A stretch of 64,000 nucleotides of DNA from NCBI RefSeq assembly GCF_964355755.1, contig NC_092672.1, positions 27,410,437-27,474,436 on the forward strand. The letters run 5' to 3'. A program made the position numbers and the translations under genes. Below, one piece after another: positions 11,025 to 24,336 of this stretch (within the stretch, counting starts at the first letter, position 1; every line of letters begins with the position of its first letter). This stretch comes from Antedon mediterranea. Lineage: Eukaryota > Animalia > Echinodermata. The notes below the pieces were generated by a model that was not told the origin of the DNA, did no database searches, and saw only the letters and a list, made by a program, of their open reading frames with translations.

Positions 11025-13660
11025 ATAGAAACCTATGCAATTACCTAGATTGTAAACAGAGATAAAGGTGACGGTAAGATTAAAAGAATTACTCATCTGA
11101 GAGAATTATTGTCACTGTATTTAAATTAGGTATGCAACCCACACAGCAGTTATTAGATTAAACAAATATAATATATATTGTTACTGAGATCATGCCTCAT
11201 TTACGTATCTTGTATTGATTATGCTTTATAGTTTCTAGTTATTATCAGGATATGTCCTGCTTGCATTACACCTTATTATGGATATGACGTATGTACAAAA
11301 AGAAATATCGCGTCCTGCTTCGTTTTTAATTTACATATCATTTACATCAATACAGCAAAGTGTGCTAGTCTTTGGTTCAGCTTTGTTTCTTTGTTAGTAG
11401 TTCGTTATCATTTTTTTATCCAGCTCAGAAACTTTTTGTTGCATACAGTAGTTTGCACATCTCATATTATATTATTAGTAAAGCTAGTACATTGTTATAC
11501 CCGCACATAACAGTAAACTACATGTAAATAATAGAGTAAACATTAAATGCATAGGCCTAAATTAACGTTATGGATTGTTTGTTTGATATGAGTCCATATG
11601 TATGTGAAATGCAGCAAACTCAAGTCAATTATAGTAAAACAGTAGTATAATACAACTTACTGGAATAAATCCTTTTATAAAGAAAGAAAAACATTAATTA
11701 CAAAGATTCATTGATTAGTTAGACAGGAATTAAAGCCTGGTTCGGAGACTATAAGATGTCATAGAGCAAGAACTTGTTTTGTGTCAAGCTTACATCGATA
11801 AACAATAACAAATTATGCGATTACCAGTAGGCTACACAAAACGACTATGGAATAGACATTATTTAACCAATTTAATTAAGTAACCTTAATGTAAAATAAC
11901 AAAATATACGCAGTTGACCGCTCCCTACTATTAGTCATACATTTAGAGAAGCCTTTATAGAGGCATTGATGAATAAAGTCTATCTGGATAGTGACTGTAG
12001 AATGGACCCGACACGACCAGTACTTCAGCCTTAGATAGGAGATTGGAATGTTTTATTAGAAATAATGTTTGTTGTAATGTAGGCCTATTGTTTGTGATTA
12101 GAAACATGTACATACAGCAGCTGTTTCAATATACATTATAATAATAGTATGAATTTGTATTGTGATTAATTAATTAGCCGATACCTTGAATACAAACTTT
12201 TTAATTAAGATTATTGAAAAAACTGTTGGTTGTTATTTAGAAATCTCTTCGAAATATGAACCTATGTAGTACTGTAGGTCTGTGTCACCCGAGTTTGTAA
12301 AAATCAAGTCTTAAAACAAAACATGTTCTGGAATTTTGCATGTTTTAGAAAATGATAACAATGCTGTAGTACTATTTCAAAAAAATTATTTAAGCAGGAG
12401 TTACTAGTACAATATTATTACCAAACTGTGCCTTTTATAAATAAATGTAAAACATTTTCGGTATACTATTGGAATTTCTATACTTTACAACAATCCTAAA
12501 CTTTCAAGCTGTAAACATTTCTTATTTCATGCTTTTTTTGCAATTATATAATTGACTATACTCGTGCAGTACCAATCTGACAAATATAATAAGCCTACAC
12601 AAACTACCTTTGTATGATTTTTAAGAAAGATACCATGACAGTAAACGTGACATTATGTTTTTATTTTTTAGGAAGTAAATTGATTTTTAACGAATATAAT
12701 TTGGGGTTCTGTAACAATTATAATTGATAACAAATATACAATAGGTAGTACCATGCCGATCATCAATTAAATTCTTTTAAAGGTTAACAAGAATACTGTC
12801 TTTATTTTTCCGTTGTGTTTCCTTGGTGCAGCCGACAACCTTTTAAAAAATCAAACTGTGTGTCAACTAATGAAGAATTAATGACGACCTTTCCTTATAA
12901 AGTAATAACTGTTGTTACATTCGTATCCATTAATATCTTGTGTATGGCAAATAAACGGAATGGTAAATAATTAGACGATCAAACATTTTCCAAAGTAAAG
13001 ATATTTTCAGAATTATAAAACGTTTATCACATAAAAAGAAAGATGGAGTTTCTACTCGATAATCTTACAAGTGGTAAACTTTTATGAAGATTGTATAAGA
13101 ATTACAGTTTCGTGCTTTTCAATTCAACAGAATGTCTGCACTAATGCATGCATTTGTGTTTACCAATTGAAGCCTACTCTACACTAGAATCGTGTTTTTT
13201 TTTGTGCATATTTCAAGCTTGCTATAGTTTGGAGAAGGTTGTGCTTCAAAATGCCTATTTAGTACAATAAAAGGTAGACTTAATCCTAGCAGTTAGTAAG
13301 ACTAAGATACGCCACGCCTACTAGATATTCCTATAATGATTTGTTTGCCTGTTTATCTTAATATTATATTTATTATACACAAAATATGTATAAAGATAAA
13401 ATAACTTTTAGGTTTAGATTATTTTAGGTAAGATATGCCATGCCTTCTATAATTAATAGACATAGGGATTTTGTAATTTCTACCATGTTAATTATTAAGA
13501 TTTGTTTTAATGTATTCATTTATTTTTTATTTATTTGCTTTGAAGCCATGGTACTACAATCTTATACATTATTGATTTATGACCTTATTAAAGTAACACT
13601 CGATATAATTTCGATAGTTTATTTTTGTTTGGAGCTTCTTTTTATTTCCTGTTCCATCCG

Positions 13661-13776
13661 TCGATGCGCTACGCACGTAATTGTATTGCCATATGATGAT
13701 TTATGCCCTGAAATGTATGAGTACCAAATTATATTTAATTGTGATTCATGGCTGTGAAGATATGATTACAAACGTG
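13661..13776 (-). mobile_element. Internal fragment of the DINE-1/HINE-like repeat family
   Basis: Near-identical to ~59914-60026 and ~61033-61144. Confidence 0.8.
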
Positions 13777-15480
13777 GTGACACACAATTTGCAGTACAAG
13801 TTCAAGCATAATGAAGATGAGGGCTCACTATCACTAGCTACTAAGCCAAGTATTTCCAGGTACAGTATATTAAATAATCAAAACACAGGTAATACTGGTG
13901 AATACGATCCACTGAATATTTTCAAATATAAAACAAGGGTCAAAATATAGATAATTTTCAAGATAATAAAAGGTCAATTAGATTATTTCATTTCATAAGA
14001 CTATATTATATTGAGAATATGGTTCCATCACTGTTCTCCTCAATCATTTTAAATAAATATTTAAGTAAATGTATTGGATCGAAACATTTACAATAGAACA
14101 CTACGCAATGTAAGTCTTGTATCTGACTAGTTTAAATACATTCCTATTTTAATGTTTGTTGGAGTTTATCTCTCGTTGTTTATTCCACAGGTAAGAATTA
14201 TAAAAAATAGATTTATAGTGTAACTTTTTTGCGATAAGTCAATAGAACAAAATGTAAGTGCACACTTAATGTTGCTGGTTTTTTAGACAATTAATAATGT
14301 AAGCTAATTCTAATTAATCAATGTATTAAAATGATGTGTATTTATCTCTCAATGATCATATACAAGTTAAAGTACATTCCAAATTCACTTCTATTTATAG
14401 CTTCTAAAGGAAATTGCAAACATACTAGGTTTATTGATTTTAATTTAAGTATTGTTCTCCCTCAGGTGGTTAATTAAGTTATTATTTGTTTATACAGAAG
14501 ACAAGGTAACGGAATAGATTTATTGATTTTACATATCCTTTACAATTGAGACATACAAGTCTTGTGAAAACTATATACACAGTTATAACTAGACTACCGA
14601 AGGATCAGGTTGTGATAAATAGTGTGAACATTCTGGAATTGATAAGTTGTTATTCTTCAGTTAACATTTGTGTTTCTCTTGTTTAAAGTATAGCAGTTGT
14701 TATTACTTATTTATTCAAGGTATTGGAACTGTGAGCCACTAGCACTTGCCATAAACACTATTATGGCAGCTAAACGATATGATGATTTGGATACAATCGC
14801 AGATAAGTTCCTCAAGATGGCCATTGGATCAAGATTTCTTTACATTGCTTCTATTGAAGTTGACCAGAAACTATGGGAAATTGCTTTTAAACAATTACCC
14901 TACATAACTTATCAAAAATATTTGGTGGGCAGTTATTTCGAATCTATGCCTGAGATAATAAGTGGAGATCAAGATTTCATGTATAATCACTCACATTATC
15001 CAGTTGTATTGTGGCCATTTGAACCAGCAAGGAAGTATCATAAAGGTGGTTATGTAATGGCTGAGATGAATCCAATGCAACCAGCCTATTTTACATTGGA
15101 AGTAAAAGGCAAATGGCTTTTGAGTTAGTCTTAAATAATATTTTGAAGAATAATATATAATATAATAATAATATAATGCCCGATGCTTTTATAAGGGCAG
15201 ATGAATTCTTTTATTCTCTTAACTCCAAGAAAACACGGTCCTTCAGTAGAAGTATTTAAAAAAGCTTTAATACAGATAGCACATTATGTTTGAAAAGTCA
15301 GTCATGCCCATTTCATTCAAAAGATTTTTGACAAAATAGTTGGCCAACACAAGATATTTTAAGAACAAATTCTGAACTTGATTTTCTTGACTTTCCTGCT
15401 TATTTTCTAGTTTATATATCATTTACATCAATACAGCAAAGTGCACAAGCCTTTGGCTGAGCTTCATTTGTTTCTTGTTA
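13777..15480 (+). repeat. Segmental duplication of the cGLR copy A region (7396-9610 joined to ~11313-11400)
   Basis: Long near-identity from GTGACACACAAT onward; lacks the 7631-8143 LINE; ~1.7 kb of CDS and 3' flank missing at ~15390. Confidence 0.9.
14763..15385 (+). pseudogene. cGLR copy B: truncated near-identical duplicate of copy A
   Basis: About 120 codons nearly identical to copy A, then frameshift and stop at 15128; decayed homology to ~15385; C-terminal part deleted. Confidence 0.9.
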
Positions 15481-15674
15481 ATAGTGTAACGAAAATTCGC
15501 TCTCGGGTTCGTTCCATTTTTGGGGAAGGGTCTGCGGTACCACGAATGAACGAAACACACAAATCAATTACAATCTATGAAGTGACCTCCTTTATTTGAT
15601 TTCTAATTATTGGTACAAGTGATTATAATAATTAGTTTGATTAGTTCTGCTATTACGCCGGACTTGAAATAACA

Positions 15675-16008
15675 GCGTAACCACCAGTAATGGCGTAACC
15701 TCCAATAGTAGCGTAACCACCGACAACGGCGTAACCTCCAACAGCAACGTAACCACCAGCAATGGCGTAACCTCCAACCAGCAACGTAACCACCAACAAT
15801 GTGTAACCTCCAACAGCACGTAACCACCAACGATGGTGTAACCTCCACAGCAACGTAACCACCAACAATGGTGTAACCTCCACAGCAACGTAACCATCAA
15901 CAATGTGTAACCTCCACAGCAACGTGTACACCAACACAATGGTGTAACCTCCAACAGCTGCACGTACACCAACACAATGGTGTAACCTCTAACAGCAACG
16001 TAACCACG
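15675..16008 (+). repeat. Minisatellite, ~36-bp unit made of two ~18-bp subunits (CGTAACCACCAACAATGG / TGTAACCTCCAACAGCAA)
   Basis: About 9 tandem units seen directly; explains the overlapping repetitive minus-strand ORFs. Confidence 0.9.
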
Positions 16009-16012
16009 TACC

Positions 16013-16898
16013 TGCGATTTTTTCGAGACCCCTCATGAAACGTCACAAAATAAACAAGAATAATTCATCAGTTAAATGTTCTTGTTCCGTGTGCACCCAA
16101 GCGTATAGTAACAAGAAGTGATTACACAAGTGCGCGCGCGGTGTACGATTCTAGGTCTATCTCCGCTGTGGTTGCGGCGTGCGATTTCATAAAAGAATAA
16201 CGGCGTTTTGTGTGGATTGTCGAAATAATCAGCCTTTAGTTTATGGTGTTTTTAATATAATTTATTACTAAAGAATTACGTGTTAAAATGATAGTTTCTA
16301 TTAATACTACATGTATTAGGCCTAATGTTAGTCTCTAAACCCATGTCTATTCTAGTAGTAGCTGTATGTGTGTGTGTTAGGTATGACACAGTCCGAGTAA
16401 TACTAATAAGTCAGCAAAATTAAACAATAAACATTACAAAAAAATACATTTTTTATTCTCGTGGGTCCAATCTTCCCATCTCATGTGTTCATATACGCGC
16501 ATTTTCCTTTGAGTACATATTGTTTGATAATAAAATAGCAGAATTAAAAAAATTACAGTACACAAATTATACACATTCTTTATTCTTGTGGGTAAAGCTT
16601 TCTTTGGGCTATGTCCAATTACTACTTAGTTGAATGTGTCTTGCCTAGCTGTTGATTAGCCTCGACACATTATGCATGCCAGTGGTGTGTGTGAAGAAGA
16701 GGGCGCGAAGGCAATCACGTGAATTGACCTAGAATCCTAGGCCTACTGTAGAAAGAATCGTATCGCTTAGTTTAATCACTTCTTGTTGCTATACGCTTGG
16801 GTGCACACGGAAAAACAAATTTAACTGATGAATTATTCATTTTTATTTTGTAACGTTTCATGAGGGGTCCCCAACTTATGTACGAAAACAAAATCGCG
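16013..16898. mobile_element. Non-autonomous inverted-repeat element (MITE-like)
   Basis: GACCCCTCATGAAACG...GTGCACCCAAGCGTATAG (from ~16027) mirrored by CTATACGCTTGGGTGCAC...CGTTTCATGAGGGGTC (to ~16869); TSD not resolved. Confidence 0.75.
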
Positions 16899-17416
16899 TC
16901 CCGCCTTGACTATGCTATCTCGCTCTTGCTTGATGCCCGCGAAATTGATCTTAAACGATTACAGCGATTGCAGAACAAGGCGGCGCGGCTGGCCTTTGCG
17001 TGTGGACGGGATCAGCCCTTGGATGGTTTATTGAAATCAATCTTCATTGACTTCATATAAAAAAAAAGAATTTTGTACAAAGTTTTTGTTTTTGTTTTTA
17101 AATGTATTTACTCTGTTGTTTCATTGTACATTTTTGATTTAATTAAGTTTAACCGTGACCAGCTTTCATTTAATTACAGGTGTCGACTTCGCTCCTCTAA
17201 TGATCCCACCCGACTTTTCGTTCCACGATCTAATCGGAAAGCTGTCGCCGCTCCGCGGATCTGGAACGCGCTACCTGTCGATTTGAGAGGAGCGAATTCG
17301 GCACCTCTATTTAAACGTCAACTTAAAACTGTTCTTTTTAATTAATTACTTGGTATTGTTAGGCGCTCTGTTCTTTGTAGGGAGCCATATAAAAACCTGT
17401 ATAGAATAGAATAGAA
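16899..17416 (+). mobile_element. 3' end of an L2/CR1-group LINE, frameshifted
   Basis: SRLDYAISLL...RLQRLQNKAARL; RLRSS; AAPRIWNALP...FKRQLKTVLF; (ATAGA)n tail at ~17401-17415. Confidence 0.85.
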
Positions 17417-17619
17417 AACAGACAAAAATAATGTTTTCACTTATAAAATAACCTAATAATTGGTTAAATTCAACCAAAAATCCATTGGCTGACAGCCAAT
17501 TTGACCAAGTTTTGCTTTAAATTCCAGTTTTTTCAGGTAAATACATTTTTTTATTAGGCATTATGACATTTAAATGGTATATTCAACAACCAAAACATTG
17601 TAAAAATTATTTTTCAGGG

Positions 17620-17900
17620 GGACAATACATCTTTAATTGATGAATATATCTGTGTAATTCTCAACCTTCCTAACAAATTCTTCAGAGACATTCAAACCAG
17701 TGCGACTATGATATTTCTCTATTTTCTCAAGGAGCACCTCTCCGCCACAAAGGGAATACTCGATCCAAAAATTGTAACCACTCGCCTGATGAAATTCTCA
17801 ATCCGCCCTTTGTTTCCTCCAACAGCCCAACACACAAGTTCATATATTATACTACACATAAGGAATCTATAAAAAGGGAGCAACACAAGTAAACAAATCT
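17620..17900 (-). mobile_element. Decayed LINE C-terminal fragment (CR1/Rex-Babar-like)
   Basis: IIYELVCW...RIENFIRRVVTIFG resembles the same region as the 40121-40495 fragment. Confidence 0.4.
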
Positions 17901-19009
17901 TTAAAACCACACAGTACACAATAAACGCTTTAAAAAGTTTTTAAAGTCCCATTCACTACGTTTTTTAGATCTAATTTAATGTCACAAACTACATTTAATG
18001 TAGAAATAATAAATACTATATATGGTCCTATTGCGATTACTTTGTTCGTCTTTAAACGGTTAAAAATGTGAACAATAAGTCAATTCTAATAAATTAAGCT
18101 GCCCGCTATAAATCCTAACATGCATTGCGTGTGGATTGATAATTTTGTTTTTCTTCTGTGATTCACCCACTTTTTCGATTGATCGCAAAAGCAAAACGAA
18201 TGGAAGAACCGTAACTTTTCAGCGGAAATACCGGGTCTTCCCAAATTTGTATTAACGGAATCTGCTAAAAAAAGAAAGATATAAAATACAGCAACTATAC
18301 AACGTCAGGCCTAAATAGCTAGCATACGATGTTCATACATTACCGATGATTACCAGCTAGGCCTACAAAACTACAAGTAAGCCTAGCTAGGCTAGGCATA
18401 AAGACCGTCCACAAGGGGACACTCAACGCGTTGAGCTCTTAGGTAGTTCATTGTTTCTCTATTTTTATCATAATTTACCGTAAATGTACATTTAAGACAA
18501 GGAATGACCTGGTTTAACGTTTTTAATGTAATATATATGCATTATTTTTACAAAAATTGTAGGGAATTGATATTTAATTCATTAACATATTGCTTGTTGA
18601 CATTTGAAAACAAGGAAGGAACATTGTTATTATACAGTGTAAACATTGAGCACTATACCCTCCCACATTTTTTTTTCATATTATAAGGGAAGCGTGCATT
18701 CTCATACAGTAGGTTTTCACATCTTTCGTAATCCAGGACTTATTATTTTGGTAAATTTTCAGTTTCATATTAAATTTTCATTTCAGACTAAATCAACTGA
18801 TTTACAAATCTTCCCAATGGATTATTTCAAGCATGATAGCATTTACCAAACAATATACTCCAATAACATAATATTATAAAATTTACTTCAATGATTTACA
18901 TATATGTACATTGGGTTAAGTTCTAGAATTCCCCTGTTTGTCCAAACTGTTTTCAAAAATAACTTTCCTTTCACAATAATCAATAAGTATTATAGCAACA
19001 TGTTGGACC

Positions 19010-19340
19010 AGTAGCAATGCTCAATTGATTGTAATGTTTTTGTTGTACGCTTAGTTAATTGTCATTTTTAGACATAAATCAATATGATATGACACAGACT
19101 ATTGTATTGGAATTACGCATAACTCGATATTTGTTCTACAGAACAATTGGTTGAATCAATATATTGACGTGTGTTGATTTTTGTGTGTTCAGTGATCCAA
19201 TAACCAATACCTTGTGAAACTTCTTGTACATAATAATAATAATAGTTGGCTTCGTTAATTCGTTCGTTCAGGGGGGGGGGGGGGATTTAATTGCTCTTAT
19301 TTGCTATTTAGAGTCCATCACTCGAATCAATCATAGTTTA
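19010..19340 (+). repeat. Duplicate of the upstream flank of cGLR copy E (~23797-24110)
   Basis: Shared CAATGCTCAATTGATTG...CAGAACAATTGGTTGAAT...TATTGACGTGTGTTGATTTTTGT...CAGTGATCCAATAA. Confidence 0.8.
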
Positions 19341-19731
19341 AAAAAACAGTGTGTACACTATTCGCAAATATAGGCATATAGACGTGATAACTGTTATAAA
19401 CATAAACAATTGTATAACAACTAGTTAACTCCTAGTTCTATTTGTTTGCCTCCTTATTGTTAGCACCATTTTACAATAAACAATAGCAAATAGATGAAGA
19501 CTAAGAAGAAGTTCAAGAAATGATTTTAATAATCAAAATAAAAGAGATATAAACGAAAGATTTGAAAAGATGCATAGGCATCAAGTTTCTGATATATATA
19601 TATATATATTTTAAAGTAAAATATCTAATTTCACAATTAATAATATTGATAATACTTTTAGCTGTCATCACTGTATTACTAGTAATTCTCTAACACTGCT
19701 ACACGTTTTGATATTCATTGAAGTAAAACAG

Positions 19732-19914
19732 TTTCTATATAAAGCAGGGGGCGTACTGGATAATGATCAGTTCTCATTAGAGACGTAACGCAAGCCAGTA
19801 AACCAATGACAAGCAACAGTTTGGATGATCCATAACTTGCAATTTGTCAAATTTCTTACATTTCTTCCCTAGTGGGAACCAAGCATTATCCAGAACACCT
19901 TTGCTTTATAGAGA
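19732..19914. mobile_element. Small MITE-like hairpin element
   Basis: TCTATATAAAGCAGGGGGCGTACTGGATAATG mirrored by CATTATCCAGAACACCTTTGCTTTATAGAGA; partial arm copies near 20043 and 20893. Confidence 0.6.
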
Positions 19915-20401
19915 CTAAAACATGTCAGTAGAATACAGTAAACTAGGAAATACATGCTGTATTTTATTTTGTGTAATGTACAACAAAAGACACTATCTTT
20001 TATTTAAAGGTTTTAGAGTTTACTCTATAGTACACTCCTGATTCAGAACGCTCCCGCTTTATCAAAACACTGTCTGTATAATTTCTACGTATAAACAACC
20101 TACACGTCAGCAGAGTACAGTAAACCAGGAACTATTATTAGGCCTACAATAATAAACAGCTTTTGTATAATATTTTACAACAAAAAACTATCTTTTATTT
20201 ATACAGTACACACTTGCATGAATATTCCACAGCATGTGACTGCTATTTTATAAATTCACAGTCATAGTTGAAATGCTAAACCGTTTGGTGATTATACTGT
20301 ACAAGAAATTAATTAATTTTGAAACGATAAAGATAAAGCAATTGGATTTAATTCAGTCAAAATAGTTTTATAGTAGTATTTGTTTTATATTTTATGTTAT
20401 G

Positions 20402-20550
20402 AAAAAGGATCAGAGCTTGTGTACCCCGATGAATGGAGTGATCAGGGTATATGTACCCACATTAATATAATTAAATATTACTATACTACATGAATAAAGA
20501 GGAAAAATTGAGATTCTTGTTTGAACCCGTTTATGTTAATGCAAAATTAC
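20402..20550 (+). pseudogene. cGLR remnant C (C-terminal domain fragment)
   Basis: KGSELVYPDEWSDQGI...INIIKYYY; followed at 20565-20830 by a copy of the 3' flank of copy A (11620-11860). Confidence 0.85.
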
Positions 20551-20959
20551 GTACGAGAAACAAAAGTCAATTATAGTAAAACAATGGAGAAGGCAGGGAT
20601 AATAACACGGTTTAGAGTATGATACACAACTAAAAGAAAGCATTTGGTAGAGAAAGAAATAAAATTACAAAGATTCATTGATTAACTAGACAGGAATTAA
20701 AGCCCGGTTCAGAGACTATAAGATGTCATAGATCAATAAATTGTATTGTGCCAAGCTTACATCGATAAACAATGACAATCATGCGATTACAGTAGGCCTA
20801 CACAAAACCCAACGACTACGGATTAGACATTACAGGATAATTTAAAATCCCATTCACTGACAAATTCTATTGAATGGCAACCTCTGAACTAAACCAGAAT
20901 GCCCCTGCTTTATCCAAACATTAAAACATGTCAGCAGTGAACCAGGAACTAGGCGTAAT

Positions 20960-21195
20960 GTAGATATTACTATCTTAATGCATAAAGTAAAACAAAATAC
21001 ACAATTTTTATTTTATTTAGGGCTAAGGAACTAGACATTTATAGACATATATGCATTTAAATGAGATGAAGTTGAGTTTGACTGTGACTAGACTATATTA
21101 TAAGCCAACGCAATCATTAATTACGATTATAGAACAGTTAATGATCAAAAATTGGTATAGGTTTTGGTTCTTATTCAGATAGCTTGGAAAATATG
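20960..21195 (+). pseudogene. cGLR remnant D (extreme C-terminus)
   Basis: LNEMKLSLTV...TQSLITIIEQLMIKNWYRFWFLFR* aligns with the ends of copies A, F and I. Confidence 0.8.
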
Positions 21196-22130
21196 CAAAT
21201 GTTCTGAAAATCCTATGGTTGGTTGTCACCAGAGTAGACATGATAGTAATAGTGAGAAATTTTAAAATGGTATTATCAAAGCACATACAGTAACCAACTT
21301 ACTATACAGTAATTTATACCATACTATTATGTTATAAGTTAATACCAGAAATTAAATACCAAACAAAAATAACAAACAAAAACTAAAATGTACCTTTTGA
21401 TGTTTTGTTCAATAAGTAAGATATTTAAAAAAATAAATATTTGACAAGAATTTAAAAGGAACAAACTTTAACTTTAAAAACCTATTAAACTTTTATTTAT
21501 TATTATAATAAAATATATTTATTATATTATATTTATTATTATAAATTATACTGAAAAAGTTCGTTTATTTCTGCATAATTTCTTAAACTTATGCAAATGA
21601 ACTGAGTAAATGAGAAGGCGTCCATTATACAAAATCATATCTTCAACAAGATCTTTTGATCTATTCATTCAATTATTAAACGTTGTTATGATTATTCTTA
21701 CTATATGTAGCGATGAGCATATTGATAATTCAAATATGCAAATGAGGTTTCCACTAATAATAATTAATATTCAATTATTACAAAAAGAGTTTTTAGGGTT
21801 TATGAGTAACCAGCATAATTTGTGAAATTAGGATTAAATGTGAGAGATCATTGACAAATGCGAATTAATGATTTCAATTTAGGAACAAATGAGTGGCCAC
21901 CAGTAGAATACATCAGATCTTTTCATTCAATAATGAAAAGTATTTATATTTATTTTAATGTTAAAAGGATATTCAAGTGACAATTAATTATTACTACAGT
22001 ATGCATAGCAAATGACATCATATTTTTCTACAGTAGACAATATACAGTTTCATTTTTAGAATAATTATGTAAACTAGATCGTGCCCACAAATGGTTTTTG
22101 AAAACACAGTAATTTCAGCGTTAAAAAACT

Positions 22131-22906
22131 GGCGATTTCAAACGTAGGCCTTCCGCAGGACTATAAAATACATGTCGTTTACTTCTTTCTTTCTTGGTAT
22201 GATCCAAGAATACTTTAATAGACACGGTGATTCATAGTATGTAGTGTATGTGTTTTGTATGTTACATTAGGGTTGAGGAATGGGGAAGAGGATGGGTGCA
22301 AAGAGAAACAATTTTTAAATATATTCTTTTATCCTCTCAGTGACGAAATATTTGATATACCAGTAAATACACTAAAACATTTTTGATTTAATACTTTATA
22401 TTGAAACTGTCACTGTCACAGTCGATTGAAATAGTAAAGTACATATGTAACGATACACCACTACGATGTTTATATTTGTTGTAAATTAATACAAACGTTG
22501 AGAAGCAACTGTCAGTAATAAAGGCGATTTCAAATGTAGGCCTACCGCAGGACTATAAAATACATGTCGTTTACTTCTTTCTTTCTTGGTATGATCCAAG
22601 AACACTTTAATATAGTGTAGTGTATGTGTTTTGTATGTTACATTAGGCTTGAGGAATGGGGAAGAGGATGGGTGCAAAGAGAAACCATTGTTAAATATAT
22701 TCTTTTATCTTCTCAGTGACGAAATATTTGTTTTCCTAATATACCAGTAAATACAGTAAAACATTTTCGATTTAATACTTTATATTGAAACTGTCACTGT
22801 CACAGTCGATTGAAATAGTAAAGTACATATGTAACGATACACCACTACGATGTTTATATTTGTTGTAAATTAATACAAACGTTGAGAAGCAACTGTCAGT
22901 AATAAA
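22131..22906 (+). repeat. Tandem duplication of a ~390-bp unit (22131-22522, 22523-22906)
   Basis: Both units start GGCGATTTCAAA and end GTCAGTAATAAA. Confidence 0.9.
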
Positions 22907-24336
22907 GTGTATTTGTTTATTTATCTAATGTACCCACAGTAAGACATTTCCGCTTCAAATGGCGACCAAAAATGTAAATGGTATTTACAGTCAAAATGTG
23001 TTATATAGTACACTACTTATAACTAACTACAGTATTGCAATAGTATATATAATAAATATGTATGTATAATAAATCTAATAAAATATAATTTTTTTCGGTT
23101 TGTCTTCAACGTTATGATGCTGTACTCGAGCTTTTTGACCGGTTTTCGGCTATTGAAAACAATTATCGTAGAAGAAGACAGGTAAATGAGAAGCATCCTC
23201 GTATTATTGTGTGCAGTTATTTTTCGAGATGGACCTCCATTAGACAGTGTATACAACAATCGGAAAACACCCCTATTTGGAAAAATCATTGAACCTAGAT
23301 TCGTTTTAATTGTCAATAACTAATTATCTAATTCAACTTAATTAGTAAAGAGGGTGACATCAGTACCGAAAGTATGAACCAACTTTATATACCATTGAGT
23401 GAAAAGTAACGCAATTTAATGAATTTTTCATTTACGTACATTTATATATAGATGCTTATTTATAGTATGCAAATTACCTTTGCAACATAATAAAAAAACA
23501 AACCAGATCGTCTACAATATGTCCGTTTTTTTTGTTTAATATTTCACATGGTTAAGCACAATTTTGGTTTCCATTTTAGATTAAAAAATGGGAGAAACGC
23601 CCACTTAATAATTGATTACAAATTTATTTTGTGCATTCTTAATGTTTAAATGTGTGTGCACGTAGTCTTATAAGAAGCACACCCGTTTTTATTTTACAGA
23701 AAGTTTAATAAGTTTCAATATGTTTTTAAGAATGCTCCTGTTTCAACTAAAACATTTTATACATATAGCTTTCCTTTAAAGAAACACGGTCGACCTGTAA
23801 CAATGCTCAATTGATTGAAATGTATTTATAACGCATAGTCTAATTGTTATGTTTAGACATAACACAGTATGGTATGACGCATAGGACTATTGTATTGAGA
23901 GATGCATCTCGATATTTATTCACAGAACAATTGGTTGAATACATATATTGACGTGTGTTGATTTTTGTATGTGCAGTGATCCAATAAGCATTACATTGCG
24001 ATCGTTCTAAAATTGTACGTATTAATAATAATTGCTTTCATTTTATCGAGATATTAGAAATATGTTGCTCTTATCTTTATTTACATATATCACTGGAAAC
24101 AATCAGTAACAATTTCGTACACTTTCAGTACTTAACTGTTGGACCCTTGTATTTATAGGGAAGTGATAATTTGTTATGTTATTACTAGTATACCAATTAG
24201 ATCACTCCTAGTTAACTTGGCTTGCCTGCATGGCGTTTTGACATCTCTCACTCTTACTACTTTGTTAAACTATACGTTTTATAGACAAGAGCTTGGAACT
24301 TCAACTGTACCAGTGAAATTGGTCATAAATAGAATT

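Noticed and set aside
15603-15975. Three overlapping minus-strand ORFs with GGY-, WWLR- and VTPLL-type repeats (structural-protein look)
   Set aside because: All frames are open only because of the 36-bp minisatellite; no signal peptide or gene context
15675-16008. Regular ~36-bp repeats resembling a CRISPR array
   Set aside because: No unique spacers, no cas genes, eukaryotic context
23330-23420. IRF/NF-kB-like words upstream of cGLR copies
   Set aside because: Only partial GAAA matches, not positionally conserved among paralogs
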